A stretch of 63,529 nucleotides of DNA, counting the filler, from Lenisia limosa (Eukaryota; Protista; Breviatea): NCBI GenBank assembly GCA_001655205.1. It is 13 parts of 13 records of this genome, joined end to end, with 100 filler letters (N's around TTAATTAATTAA, not from the genome) between each part and the next. Parts side by side here need not be neighbours in the genome. Positions count along the whole stretch, not along the records: positions 35,174 to 39,413 come from LPNZ01003404.1; positions 39,514 to 40,831 come from LPNZ01002954.1; positions 40,932 to 44,605 come from LPNZ01008847.1; positions 44,706 to 52,735 come from LPNZ01009873.1; 9 more parts are not named here. The stretch is one strand, 5' to 3'. Under the pieces are notes generated by a model that saw nothing but the letters and a program-made list of their open reading frames with translations, was not told the origin of the DNA and did no database searches. Positions 35,560 through 47,700 of the stretch are shown here, one piece after another (position 1 is the first letter of the stretch; every line of letters starts with the position of its first letter). Both the position numbers and the translations under genes were made by a program.

Positions 35560-38500
35560 TAATAATAGGGGTTACCTGAGCCCAGCCAAGTCCGATCGTT
35601 TGCCCTTTGTTCAGGTATATGGGGTAAGTCACGCCTGTAGTGGTTATATATTTTATGATGTAACATGTAGTAATTATATGTTTTTGATCTCCAAAAAATA
35701 CCCCATACCCATTGTCCTGTCTCCTCCTGGTCTGGGACCATAGTCAAATAGTTCCAAGTATTCTCCATTGTAAGGAATTGCACCGTCCAGGCAAAACTGA
35801 GTTAAATATCTTGAGGATGAAGGGGGTGACTAGAAGTGTGAGGGGAAATGCATATTGAATAAAACCCTTTCTGTTGTACTATGAAAAAGGAACTACTTTT
35901 ATGTTAACTACATTTATGGTAAAACCAATTAAGGTGGTTCAGTCCTTTTTTAGTTTTGGAAAACAATCTTAAAGTGTGGTAAGTAATTAAAATGAGCCTT
36001 CGGGAAAATTCTGCAGAGTAGTTTTTCTTATTTTTATCCCATTATTACATCATTATGATTTGCCTAAAAAAAAAAGTCCCCCGCTCTTGATAAATCCCTC
36101 CTGCATACAATATTACCCCCCTTTGCATTTTATGCGGTTTTTTTTTCTCATAAATTTTCCATTTTTACTCCACCTTGCATCACAATCCCCACTCCTCATA
36201 AATACCCCCATTCCCGCCAACAGTAGATCGGACGTTGATTAAGTACAGGCCGGTTGAGGAGATGGTAAAGACTCCATTTGAACCTAATACAAGGTTGTCG
36301 TTCAGTATCCCATATCTGGGGGGGGGGGGGNNNNNNNNNNNNNNNNNNNNNNNNNNNNNNNNNNNNNNNNNNNNNNNNNNNNNNNNNNNNNNNNNNNNNN
36401 NNNNNNNNNNNNNNNNNNNNNNNNNNNNNCACCGCATCCCATCACTAGTAAAACGAAGGAAATGTCGATGAAGAGGTACTATAAGAACCGAATAATTTGA
36501 AACTCCAAACAATCAGAATCAACTTGATTGCCTTAGGATTTGGGAAACACACAAGGGTAAAAAAAGCCAAATGTCAGCGGGGGGTAAAATAAAGAGAATA
36601 TAATCAATTGGGGAGGTGTAAGAGTTTTCCCAAAGCAACACAGCACAAAACAAAAAGCAACTCGGAGTCTCTACATTTCAAAAGAAAAAATTGCTGATAT
36701 TTACTTTTCCACTTTCAGCTAAATCCTCGAAAAATATCGATATTTTACGGTCTTTTTCGGAACGTAGGGAAGCCCTAGTGATAAGTCTTTAAGGTATCCC
36801 CATTTATTTATTTCTCTGTTCAAGACGCACTCATCAGCCACTGCTTCATTTGGCATTGCACGGGAGCCGCAGACAGCTGAATTGGTAAAAAGGTGTGATG
36901 ATGCTATTTTATAGCGTTCACGTCCAAAACAAGTTTAAACGATGCTCACAGCCTTTTTTTGTTGTTTAATTTGACTGGAACAGTAATGAGTGATAGAAAT
37001 ATATATGCTCAAGGTCCAAAATTATGTCGTTATTTCGAATTAATGTCGTTAATTATTTACGGTCGCCAAATCAGCTATTCCCCTTCAAAACAGTAATATA
37101 TTTCTGAGATATACACACTTAATTTGTTTATGAAGGAAAACAAAGAAAAATATACCTTTCAATTTTTTTGCAAGATCAGCACTTTATCGTGGAAAATTTT
37201 TTAGCGCCACGCTTGCGCAATTTTTTTCAGTTTATGCTCGCATTTTTCTCATATGTCCTTTTTTACGAGTTAAANNNNNNNNNNNNNNNNNNNNNNNNNN
37301 NNNNNNNNNNNNNNNNNNNNNNNNNNNNNNNNNNNNNNNNNNNNNNNNNNNNNNNNNNNNNNNNNNNNNNNNNNNNNNNNNNNNNNNNNNNNNNNNNNNG
37401 TATATTCGGAATAATTTTGGTGAAATAAATATGATTCATGGGGTTCCTACTTCCATCTATTGCAAACGACGACGCCGTAACAGAATGCAACTCTACAAGG
37501 GTTAATCCAGTAAACTATGGCTAGTCAACTTGTGAACTGGCTAGTCCATATCAGTGGTAGGATCCCAGCCATCTTTCACTCCAATAAAAATATACAGTGG
37601 TTAATTCCCTGAAATTCAGGGATTTGACAATATTAGACAAAGTCAGTTCAGTAATTACCAAACCGAACCGAAATGAAACACTATTTCAAGGTTACTCTCT
37701 GATTCGTAAAATGCTCCGTAATGAAGGATTATGTAAATATTCAGCAAAATGGTTAATCCTTCATTTTTCTTATATTTAGAAATACGCAAGGGAAAAGCCG
37801 ATTTTGTACCCTCTTGTTCCCTACAGTCCCAAAAATAATTCCTCGATAAATCCTCGACAAATATCGATATTTTGACGGCCATTTTCGGAATGTAGGGAAC
37901 CCCAATATGTGTCCGGTGAATTTTGAATGATGTTCGGAGCTTTGACTATACATATAGTATTTATCATATCTCATAAACCGGGTTTGTCAACTTGCGAGCG
38001 GACTCGTATTTTATTTGTGCTTCTTTAACTATCGAATACAAAAGATAATTAGCAATCAGAATACAAAACAAGGTCCACACCATCACGCTTATAAGAGATA
38101 TGGGATTATAGTATTATATTAATTCACCCAAACAAAAGATAATAGTCACATAAATCCCCACCATTAGTGGACAACATTTGAATGGAAAGGCGAACGGAAG
38201 AAATGGAATCTGCATCAGCTGTGCACGATGTGGTAACACTCAGAGCTTGTCCCTGAATTGTAGTGAACCAAGACGACATACATATTCTGCGGTTTTTTTA
38301 CTATTTCCAGTGTTTTCCAGGATATTTTGAGACAAAAAAAAGAAGCTATAAAACGGGAATTTATATAGCTATATATCAAAAATCGCGTAAAAGCAGTTTT
38401 AGTGCCGGTGGTTTGTGGTAGTTATTGACATGTTTGGCCTACCTTCAGGAGTGTCAGAAGAACTGAACCGGTGTGAATCTCCTCGTAACCAAATCCCGGG

Positions 38501-39279
38501 GCTGGGGGAGTATTAATTTGTGTGGGAAAATAGGAGCATGCTGAAAAATAAAACACGCAAATACCTGCATTTGAAAATCTATGGATGAGTAAAAAAAAGA
38601 CAACAAAGGCGATATACATGGAGAATAATAATAAAAAAGATGTTAAAGGTTCTGAAATTGGCCAGAAGAGACCCACTTAAACTGTAAACAGCTTTGATGA
38701 AAAGGTCACAATTCTACTGACCTTGGGCCTGCGGACGACTCGGAATGACACCGTCCACCAAAATGTAAGCAGAACATACAGTGGATGCCGCGCTTTGAGT
38801 GTGAAGAACAGAAGACAAACAAGCGGTAAAATGGGAACATTTTGGCTATGAGCTCAGCACTATCCCCCCACCCCTCTTAGAAAAAATAGAATCCTCAACA
38901 AAAAGAAACACGCAGCCTTTCCTTCAAACAAAAAAAAGAAAAAGACAAAAAAAGACAAAAAAATAATCAAAAGAAACACGCAACCTTTCCTTTAAACAAA
39001 AACAAATAAAAAGACAAAAAACAAAAAGACAAACTGAAGAAAATGAAACACGCACCCCGTTCTTTTTAAACAATAACAGCCTCGGACCACCCCGCCCCAT
39101 GACTCTTGTTTCAGACTTTATCTTTATGATCATCGTTTCAATAGAGATGCTATCTCTATGACCCTAGCTGGACCCCCCACTGTTCGCTTGTATACGAAAC
39201 AGAGGCGGAGTAGACTCCGTCAAGAGGAATGACCAGAGTGCTCGAATCGACACAAATAAAACCGCCACATCCGTTTGGT
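35560..39279 (-). CDS. Protein with two or more C1q/TNF-like beta-sandwich domains, partial
   Basis: Exons GGFICVDSSTLVIPLDGVYSASVSY, EIHTGSVLLTLLK, SNGVFTISSTGLYLINVRS and GVTYPIYLNKGQTIGL resemble repeated C1q-like motifs (F..P.dGvY; sv.l.L.kG). Confidence 0.5.
38901..39058 (+). repeat. ~68-bp A-rich tandem duplication (2.5 units) in an intron
   Basis: The motif GAAACACGCA recurs three times, twice followed by (G/A)CCTTTCCTT. Confidence 0.7.
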
Positions 39280-39413
39280 CTGGGAGGGGAAAGTAAGATA
39301 GGAAAATTTATGAAACAAAAAAAAGGCCCAAAATCAACGCTGTTGGCTGACAACACACGAGGGTTGAAAACAACATAACAAACAAAGCACAGGCCAGTCG
39401 CTTCTGCAGCATC
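39280..39413 (-). mobile_element. Acceptor cassette copy in the C1q-like gene (cut by contig end)
   Basis: Same core and the same CCCAG acceptor before exon RPNGCGGF. Confidence 0.85.
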
Positions 39414-39513
39414 NNNNNNNNNNNNNNNNNNNNNNNNNNNNNNNNNNNNNNNNNNNNTTAATTAATTAANNNNNNNNNNNNNNNNNNNNNNNNNNNNNNN
39501 NNNNNNNNNNNNN

Positions 39514-40810
39514 GCGGTTAAGTCGCCCCAAGTCAGAACAGCTCTGATGTCAGCCTCCTGTGTTGTATTAGAGGACAGGGTGGCGTTAAAAGGATGGGGG
39601 GAGGAGGGGCGCGACATAGGAAAGTTGTGTGTGTATGATGGGCAAAAAGGTATGGTGGTATATACAATGTACATCTGATGACTGGGATAAGTCCTGACCG
39701 TTTTGTATGTAATTTCATCAGTCAAGACTCATCCCTGTCACTGTATAAGTAATGCTCATATGCCCACCGGGATGGAAGCGGCTTGGACAAAGAAGGTGCT
39801 CTCTGACAGGCCATATTCCGGGACTACTGTGGATGACGACAGAAGCCTCCATCTAATAGGTGATTTCGGGGGAAAATGCCATGACGATCAAATTCGCTAC
39901 ATCAGGTCGAAGCCAGCAGAAAGTAGATATATAATTTTAAGCGGGCATAAATATGACTTAAGGCTATTTACCTATTTATTTCCCACGTTAATTTCCCTAT
40001 TTATTGACATGGTATTTATCATACTTCTCAGTGTGACTGTAGTTCTATTTACGCATGTTGATATTTGCCATGATTATTTGCATTGTAGTATGCTCTGCAC
40101 TATGACTCTGTGCAATTAACCTTTTGAGGAAATTCGATGCCAAAATTTGAAATATAAAATAATATAAGATTGCGGTATTCCAGTACACCTAAAATTATAC
40201 CCCCCTGTACTGGGGACCGATAAGTATCATAAATGGAGTTCTGGTTACAATATTTCCCATGTTTTTCCCCAACTTGTTGGCGGGGTTAACCGCAGTCGCA
40301 TCAGCGAAGAAGAGTGAAACCTTCAATCATGAGTGGAATGGGGACGAGGAAATGAAAATTAAGAGAATGGTGAGAGAATGATGGAACGTTAACCTTCTGT
40401 CCACTAGTGATATGATCATTTGCCCGACTTCCTAGTCGAAATGATTAATGAATGTCTTTTTTTTCAACCCCCCCCCCACCTTGAACAGGGAGTCCCCAGG
40501 AAGGGTTGAGAAGGGAGCTGGGGTGACCAAAGTGACCGTCAAAGAAACGTCGTTCACTGCAGTGACAGTCATAAATTAGCAGGACTTTTGTTGGAATTGT
40601 GGAGAACCCAAGAGCTTGTAATTACGTTTCATTTTGAGAGAACAAAAAAAGAAAGATATCTTTGTGTTTTTTTCTTTAGCTGTTACCACCCCCAAATACC
40701 TTGACCAGGGTTCGCTGCCCAAGTCAGGTCCTTGAGTGCGGGAGTGGCAGGCAAGGTACGTACAAGGTTATTCGAGGTATCTTCGCATTCGGCAATGTCG
40801 TTGTTGCCGT
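39514..40810 (-). CDS. Fragment of a probable extracellular/surface protein
   Basis: Exon-like frames DNDIAECEDTSNNLVR (EGF-like start), VTAVNDVSLTVTLVTPAPFSTLPGDSLFK and FNATLSSNTTQEADIRAVLTWG. Confidence 0.35.
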
Positions 40811-41184
40811 CCACCTAAATTGTAAGTGTTTNNNNNNNNNNNNNNNNNNNNNNNNNNNNNNNNNNNNNNNNNNNNTTAATTAATTAANNNNNNNNNNNNN
40901 NNNNNNNNNNNNNNNNNNNNNNNNNNNNNNNCCTTACCCACTCCTCCCATCACACAACAAGCAATCCACATAAGGTATATGTAGGGCTTCAAATGACTGG
41001 ATTTCTCGATAAATCCTCGACTGTCATTACCGTTTTTTGAATCGAAGTGAAGCCCTAGGTGAATATTTAATTATCGAGTCTTTTTCATCCATAAGACCGT
41101 TCGGTGAAATTTCTTCTTTCAAGTTTGCGAATTCGTATTCATATGACGTTTTCACTCCTCCCATCACAAAACAAACAATCCCAT

Positions 41185-42012
41185 ACGGCGTGGTCGGGAT
41201 GACGAAAAGACCAGTTCAGGGCTCGGAGGCATGGGAGCGGATTCCTCAACTGCATCGTTAGGATGGGGGGGGGGGGGGNNNNNNNNNNNNNNNNNNNNNN
41301 NNNNNNNNNNNNNNNNNNNNNNNNNNNNNNNNNNNNNNNNNNNNNNNNNNNNNNNNNNNNNNNNNAAGGTGGGATATCGCAACGGTGTTGTTTTGTTCTC
41401 TTTTCGTAGCACAAGATTTTAGGAAGGCCAATTATCATTTTTGTTTTTGTCAAAATTATCAACATCCCAGTGGTTATCGATCTTTTGTGATTTAAATATG
41501 TCGATTTTTGGCTTGTTCACGGTTTTAATCATGTTCGCGGTTTTGTACACCAACCTATATAATATAATAGTATGTATACACACTCTTTCATGTTGTGGAT
41601 GGAGCTTTCCAAGAAGTGGATGAGGATGGCCTCGAAGAAACTTTAGCACCATCTCAGGTGAGTAAAATCATAAACAACTTTCAAACTAGTATGTATATAT
41701 ATGATATGTTGTAAACCATGTCACTTATCATTTCAGCAATCCCTGTCTAAACCATTGGGGGAGGAGGATGTCGCGGGAATCAACGCTTATGAGAATGCCA
41801 CCGTCGTCAGGTCCATGTTCCACTCACTGAGTGTGTTTCGGTCACCAAGGAGCAGTATAGGAACAAGATTTTTTGGAGAGACCCGCTGTCCGGTATTTTG
41901 TTCCTTTTTATCTGTTTCCCTTGATTGTTGTGGTACACCCACTAATGTGTTTCGGCAAAGGTGCAGTACTCTGAGCTTGTTAAGGCTAAGCTGTTCTGGT
42001 TTTTGTAAATCT
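41185..42012 (+). CDS. 3' part of an unidentified spliced gene
   Basis: VVDGAFQEVDEDGLEETLAPSQ|QSLSKPLGEEDVAGINAYENATVV|EQYRNKIFWRDPLS..YSELVKAKLFWFL*, with GT-AG boundaries. Confidence 0.45.
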
Positions 42013-42373
42013 ACGGGAGGAACCGTCGTTTTGCAGTGTCTTTTCCGCATATTTTAAAAACTGGGTTTAGTTTGAGCTTTGATCCAGCTGTATTTTTTTT
42101 TTTGTGTGTTTTTGGGACCGAAAGTGAGGCTCTACAAAATAGGAATGAGGCTAGTACCTCATGGCATAATATAGCTAGGGCTTCACTTTTGGCCAGAAAA
42201 TGACCGAAACAATATCGATAGTTTTCGAGCCTAAATGACGCACAAGATAAAAAAGGAGGGATCAATAATGTGTGTAAAAGGAAACAAACAAAGAACACCC
42301 CCTACAATCAGGGATTTGATGATGATCTTCAAAATGACGGTCCGGGGTAGACCCCCGGGACCCTCTTGATCTC

Positions 42374-44005
42374 AATACTTCATGACCAGTGTCGTCTTCG
42401 AAGACCAGGCCTGAACCGTGCCGGGATGGCAATGGTCCTTCGTCTGTGGGGTAAAGTCGGGATAGCAGGGAAAATCGGTATATTAGCTACGTAAAAGCTG
42501 AAAAAATACGCTAACATAATGGAAATTTAGGGGAATCAGACAAAATCGGAATATTAGGTCTCATCCTAGAAGCTAAAAGAGGAATATTATATTCTCAGTC
42601 TTATCGTATAATGTAAAAACGAAACACACAATCGATGAACTCTGTTAGTCATCAGAATGTTAAATTCAGAATTAAGCCAGAATCAACTCCCACCTTCCGA
42701 AGCTGGCTGCCCCCACGAGTCAAGTGCGGGTGATGGCGGACGCGCAGCTACTGTGGCGTTAGCGCAATTTTGGTTTTTAAAGCAGGGTGGTAATTCAGAA
42801 AACTGGCTCGGATTTTCGTTCAAATTTCTCTAAGATTGGCAAATATTGAACGTGGTTTACGCCAAAGCTTGGAGTCTTCCAAACAAAAGTAACAGGTAGT
42901 TATTAACAAAAAAAAAGGAGTTTCAAAGAAGGCGTCTTAGAACAATTTCTAACAGCATCCGTGACAATTTTCTGAGTTACCACCCTGGTTTAAAACAGCA
43001 ACTACTCTAAATAAAATCTAGGTTCATAATTGTTAAATTTTTACNNNNNNNNNNNNNNNNNNNNNNNNNNNNNNNNNNNNNNNNNNNNNNNNNNNNNNNN
43101 NNNNNNNNNNNNNNNNNNNNNNNNNNNNNNNNNNNNNNNNNNNNNGGGGTGCACGACTTGATGTTCCCGTAACTCGGAGGGCCCCTGAACTGCTTCCTGT
43201 GCTTGATGGTCGTGCCTTAAGGGGAAGTGAAAAATGAAAAAATGAAAAAAAAAAAAACATGGAAAATATGAAACAAAAAAAATAACTCCAAATTCAACTC
43301 CATTGGCTGAGGCCAATCGAGATATAAAGGTAGAATCGGCCAAAGCCAACATCAGTATCCAAACCATCTCCCCCTATGCAGACCTGTCTTTGGCTGCTTG
43401 TTGTTCGGCTAGGTTGTCTCTGCGATTGCGACGTATTCGACCGCATTGATCTAAGTAGAGTGAAAACTTGTATGTTGTCTTCCTCAACTTTCTGAATTCA
43501 CGTTATGTGTCCTCCTCTATGTTCTTCTCTGTATTCTTATTCGGGAACAGTTTCTGGAAATCCTCTGAAGGTATGACATCATTTCAGACCAGCTGAGACT
43601 CTTGGCAAACCCACGAACCCCTACGGTCCCAAAAAAGACCGGTCAAATATCGATATTTATCCAGGATTTATCGAGAAACTCAGTCTTTCTATTATTACCC
43701 TCTTTCGGCCAGTAGGGAAGACCTCAATCAATTCGCCTATCAGTTACCCCTTCTTCATGGGGTTCCTTTGTCTTCTTTTTTTCTTATTATTTTCTTGTTC
43801 TTGACAAAATGCTTACCTAGCTGGACTTGGGCCTGGGGCTTGGCGGCCGATTGGGGATGGACTTCTTCTGGTACTGGGAGGGGAGGAGGAATAAGATTGG
43901 AAAATTTATGTAACAAAAAAAATAAAGGCAAATGTAACTCCATGCCCACTTTCTTGCTGATGACTTGTCAGCTGGGTCTCTGGAGTACGGCGATGATGCC
44001 AACCT
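42374..44005 (-). CDS. Unidentified Ser/Pro/Arg-rich spliced gene fragment
   Basis: LASSPYSRDPADK|YQKKSIPNRPPSPRPKSS; ARPSSTGSSSGALR; ARPPSPALDSWGSQLRK|TKDHCHPGTVQAWSSKTTLVMKY*. Confidence 0.4.
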
Positions 44006-44705
44006 AGAAAATCAATTCGAAATAAGAATGGACGTTAGAATATCTTAAACAACGAGGTCAATACAAAAGAGAAAGACGCTGTTCACCCAAAAAAAAGACA
44101 ATACCCAAAGATATTCTATTTTTTTTTGAAAACAAAGGCGAAATACTATGTTCAAATAGACCAGGAAAAATCAAGACTAAAGAATGCTGTTTAGCAAGAC
44201 TTTTGTCATTTATAAAAATTCCTCCTTGTGTCTAATTTGATTCAAGTTTCAAGTTGCTGAAATGAAAAAACAACAAAGCTAAGAAGCCCATGGCGAATGA
44301 GTAAACCCAAAGAACTAAATTCCAGAGCTTCATACAGTTACCAGGGTAAGTTTTGTCCTATTTTCCTTGGGAAATCACATTGCAAATCGGTCAAGACTTA
44401 TCACGGTCACTTTACATTTAATCCAGAAAACAACAATCAAAACACATCACCCCCTCCCCCCTTCATCGTATATTTTTCAATACTTTGAACTAAATTTGGT
44501 CCAGGGGGCGGGATGGCAAAACCCAAATAAAAGAAAACAGCAAGCAAACCGTCTACTTGGGGCTGCAGGGGAAGGCGAGCGGCTTGTTGCTGCGGTGTGA
44601 ATTGGNNNNNNNNNNNNNNNNNNNNNNNNNNNNNNNNNNNNNNNNNNNNTTAATTAATTAANNNNNNNNNNNNNNNNNNNNNNNNNNNNNNNNNNNNNNN
44701 NNNNN

Positions 44706-47700
44706 CGGTACTAAGAAGAGAGAAATGCCCTTATTTGAGCCCACCATAAGCGTGACGTTGTAGTTGATGATCATAGTGGTAGCAAAGACGGACGGTGGGT
44801 ACGCAGGATTGGCGAGTTTAGTGGTCAGATACAGGCGGAACGAAGGGTCCCAGTCGATCTGATTTGTAAGATGACATATCCGTAGCAAGAAAGGGAAAGC
44901 CAAGCAACCTCCTTGTCTCCGATAATGATGTACTGTCTTGACCCGGCCTTGATGATTTCCTTATTCAGCACCGGCGTGATGGTTGGGTCCTGGGGGGGGG
45001 GGTAAAGCGAAGGAAATTTNNNNNNNNNNNNNNNNNNNNNNNNNNNNNNNNNNNNNNNNNNNNNNNNNNNNNNNNNNNNNNNNNNNNNNNNNNNNNNNNN
45101 NNNNCCGAATAATCTGAAACTCCAAACAAAAAAACAAGCAATAATAAACACAAGCAACCAAAGCTAAAACCAGACAAAAGTTATACATTGCATTACAAGG
45201 ATATAATATGATGGGGGCAGTAGAAAGAGCAGAAGGTGGCTTACAATATGCTCGTCCACACCCTCCAGGAGGAAGGGGAAGCCGAATGTGATGGACATTT
45301 CGAGCTGCTTCAAGAAGTCAGCATCATGGAACGACGAGACCCTGAGGTTGTTGGCAGCTTCCTTCCTCTTGACCCATGCCACAGCCTGCTCTTGGGGATC
45401 AACACACAGTGGCCATCTGGGGGGAAATGGTAAGAGCTGAATACCTTATGATATGAAAAAGCTGAACCTTTATCTCCATCCATGCGCAATACAGGCCAAA
45501 CAATGCCTACTTGCTAGCCCGGACCGTGAGAATTCCGTTCTGCAGCGAAAGGTCGTCCGGAGGGAGACCCTCAGACGCCCATTGCGTGACTTGAACCTCA
45601 CTCGTAAGCCGCCGGTCTGGGGGGGGGGGGGGGGGGNNNNNNNNNNNNNNNNNNNNNNNNNNNNNNNNNNNNNNNNNNNNNNNNNNNNNNNNNNNNNNNN
45701 NNNNNNNNNNNNNNNNNNNNNNNNNNNNNNNNNNNNNNNNNNNNNNNNNNNNNNNNNNNNNNNNNNNNNNNNNNNNNNNNNNNNNNNNNNNNNNNNNNNN
45801 NNNNNNNNNNNNNNNNNNNNNNNNNNNNNNNNNNNNNNNNNNNNNNNNNNNNNNNNNNNNNNNNNNNNNNCAAGAGAAGCCTCAAGGACTGGAAGCCTAC
45901 CAAGCCTGAAAGTGGTGCTGACGGGGATGTTATTCTCCTTGATGTTGGCCATCCAGACGTCATCCATGAGATACTGTCGGTACTCGAATGAAAAGGGGCC
46001 TAGGTAACTCAGGAATCCAGCACACATGAGCGCGTCTCCAATCTGCGAAGGGGTGAAACTCTATCCAAACAGTGTCAGCAGTATATATATGATGAACCAT
46101 GACGACCGGATTAGTAGAAGGCTTACCAGGAATAGACGGTCCTCTTGGAGGTCAGCCAACTCCTGCTTCCATCTCGTTTGCTCGGAGGAAAGGCCTGAAA
46201 ACGTAAGGAAGTCTCTTTGATTTCTGATGAGGCAAAATCTCCCCCCCTTCCACCGGTAATCAGCTTTGACGCTGCCACAAGTCGGCGCTCCATGATTTCG
46301 GCCTCGGACTTGAGCTCCAACTGCTCGATGGTGGCCTGGGCGTAGCGGTTCCCAAGGGTCTCGAGCTGGTCACTCAGCTCCTTCACCTGGGGGGGGGGGG
46401 GNNNNNNNNNNNNNNNNNNNNNNNNNNNNNNNNNNNNNNNNNNNNNNNNNNNNNNNNNNNNNNNNNNNNNNNNNNNNNNNNNNNNNNNNNNNNNNNNNNN
46501 NNNNNNNNNNNNNNNNNAACTCTTTTGGCTAGCAACACACGAGGTTAACACCAAAACATAGAAAGGGTTCGTGATGATGAGATTACTTACAAGTTGTCAG
46601 GATTGCATAAAGTCGGTTCTAAGTCAATCCTCATACCTCTTGTTTGATTTGGTCAAGGTCCTTTTCACTCTTTGACAGGCGTTTCATATTGTCCTCAACG
46701 GCTTGCTTCTTGGGGTTGACCTGGGGGGGGGGGGNNNNNNNNNNTCAACTCTGTGGACTGACAACACGAGGGTTGAGAACAACAAAACAAACAAAGCCCA
46801 TGCCAGTCGCTTCTGCAACACCGCATCCCATCACTCGTGAGAAGACAGGTTGCCCCAGGGTTTGGAATAATCAAAAGGCACGTACCTTCTTAGCCACTCC
46901 GAAGTAGTTGATCATTGCAAACACCCAGGACAACAGTCCAGCACCAGCAATGGAAATGTCCCGCATGCGCGCCGGCGTGATATCAAGTCTACACGTATGA
47001 CCATGAGAAAAACTATTCCTAGGCACAAAATCCTCACAATCCCAGTCCCAATAGAGCAGACGTACTTACCTCTTCAAATACTCCTTGACCTGGCGGGCCT
47101 GTCGATCCGAAACTGAGTCTCCGTTGAACTCCAAAAGCTCAGACAGGAAGTTGGGACCTNNNNNNNNNNNNNNNNNNNNNNNNNNNNNNNNNNNNNNNNN
47201 NNNNNNNNNNNNNNNNNNNNNNNNNNNNNNNNNNNNNNNNNNNNNNNNNNNNNNNNNNNNNNNNNNNNNNNNNNNNNNNNNNNNNNNTTGGCACTCTTCC
47301 AGGAGACCTCCTTCACACCCTTGAGGATGACCACACACTCGCAAACTGCTTGGACCTTGCGGGAGTGAAATTGGAAAATTTAGATGAAACAAAAAAAGCC
47401 CAAATCAACTCTGTTGGTGAGAGAAAAGGGCTGAAGAGATTGAAGGAGACCATTGTTCTAAGAAAACAAACAAAAAAACATTTAGTGTGATATTTGATAA
47501 AACATTTAGTGTGATATTTGATAGAAAGAAAAGACCCCACTTGGACAGGGGGCTTGGCGAAGGATCGAATCTCAGTCAAGTCGTTTTTACTCAGATTCTT
47601 CAGAGCCAATCGAGCCTCTTCGAGGGCAGGTAGAGCTTCCTCCAAAGCCTCTTCAGCCTCAGCCTTGTCCTAAATCGTCAGCAACTGTTGCATCGACAAC

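Noticed and set aside
45453-46027. Long ORFs in the track (e.g. 184-220 aa) spanning X runs
   Set aside because: They are open only because Ns contain no stops; the real coding parts are short dynein exons.
47479-47524. 24-bp tandem duplication in a DNAH10 intron, (AT)n at about 59805-59831 and A-rich tracts
   Set aside because: Ordinary slippage repeats.
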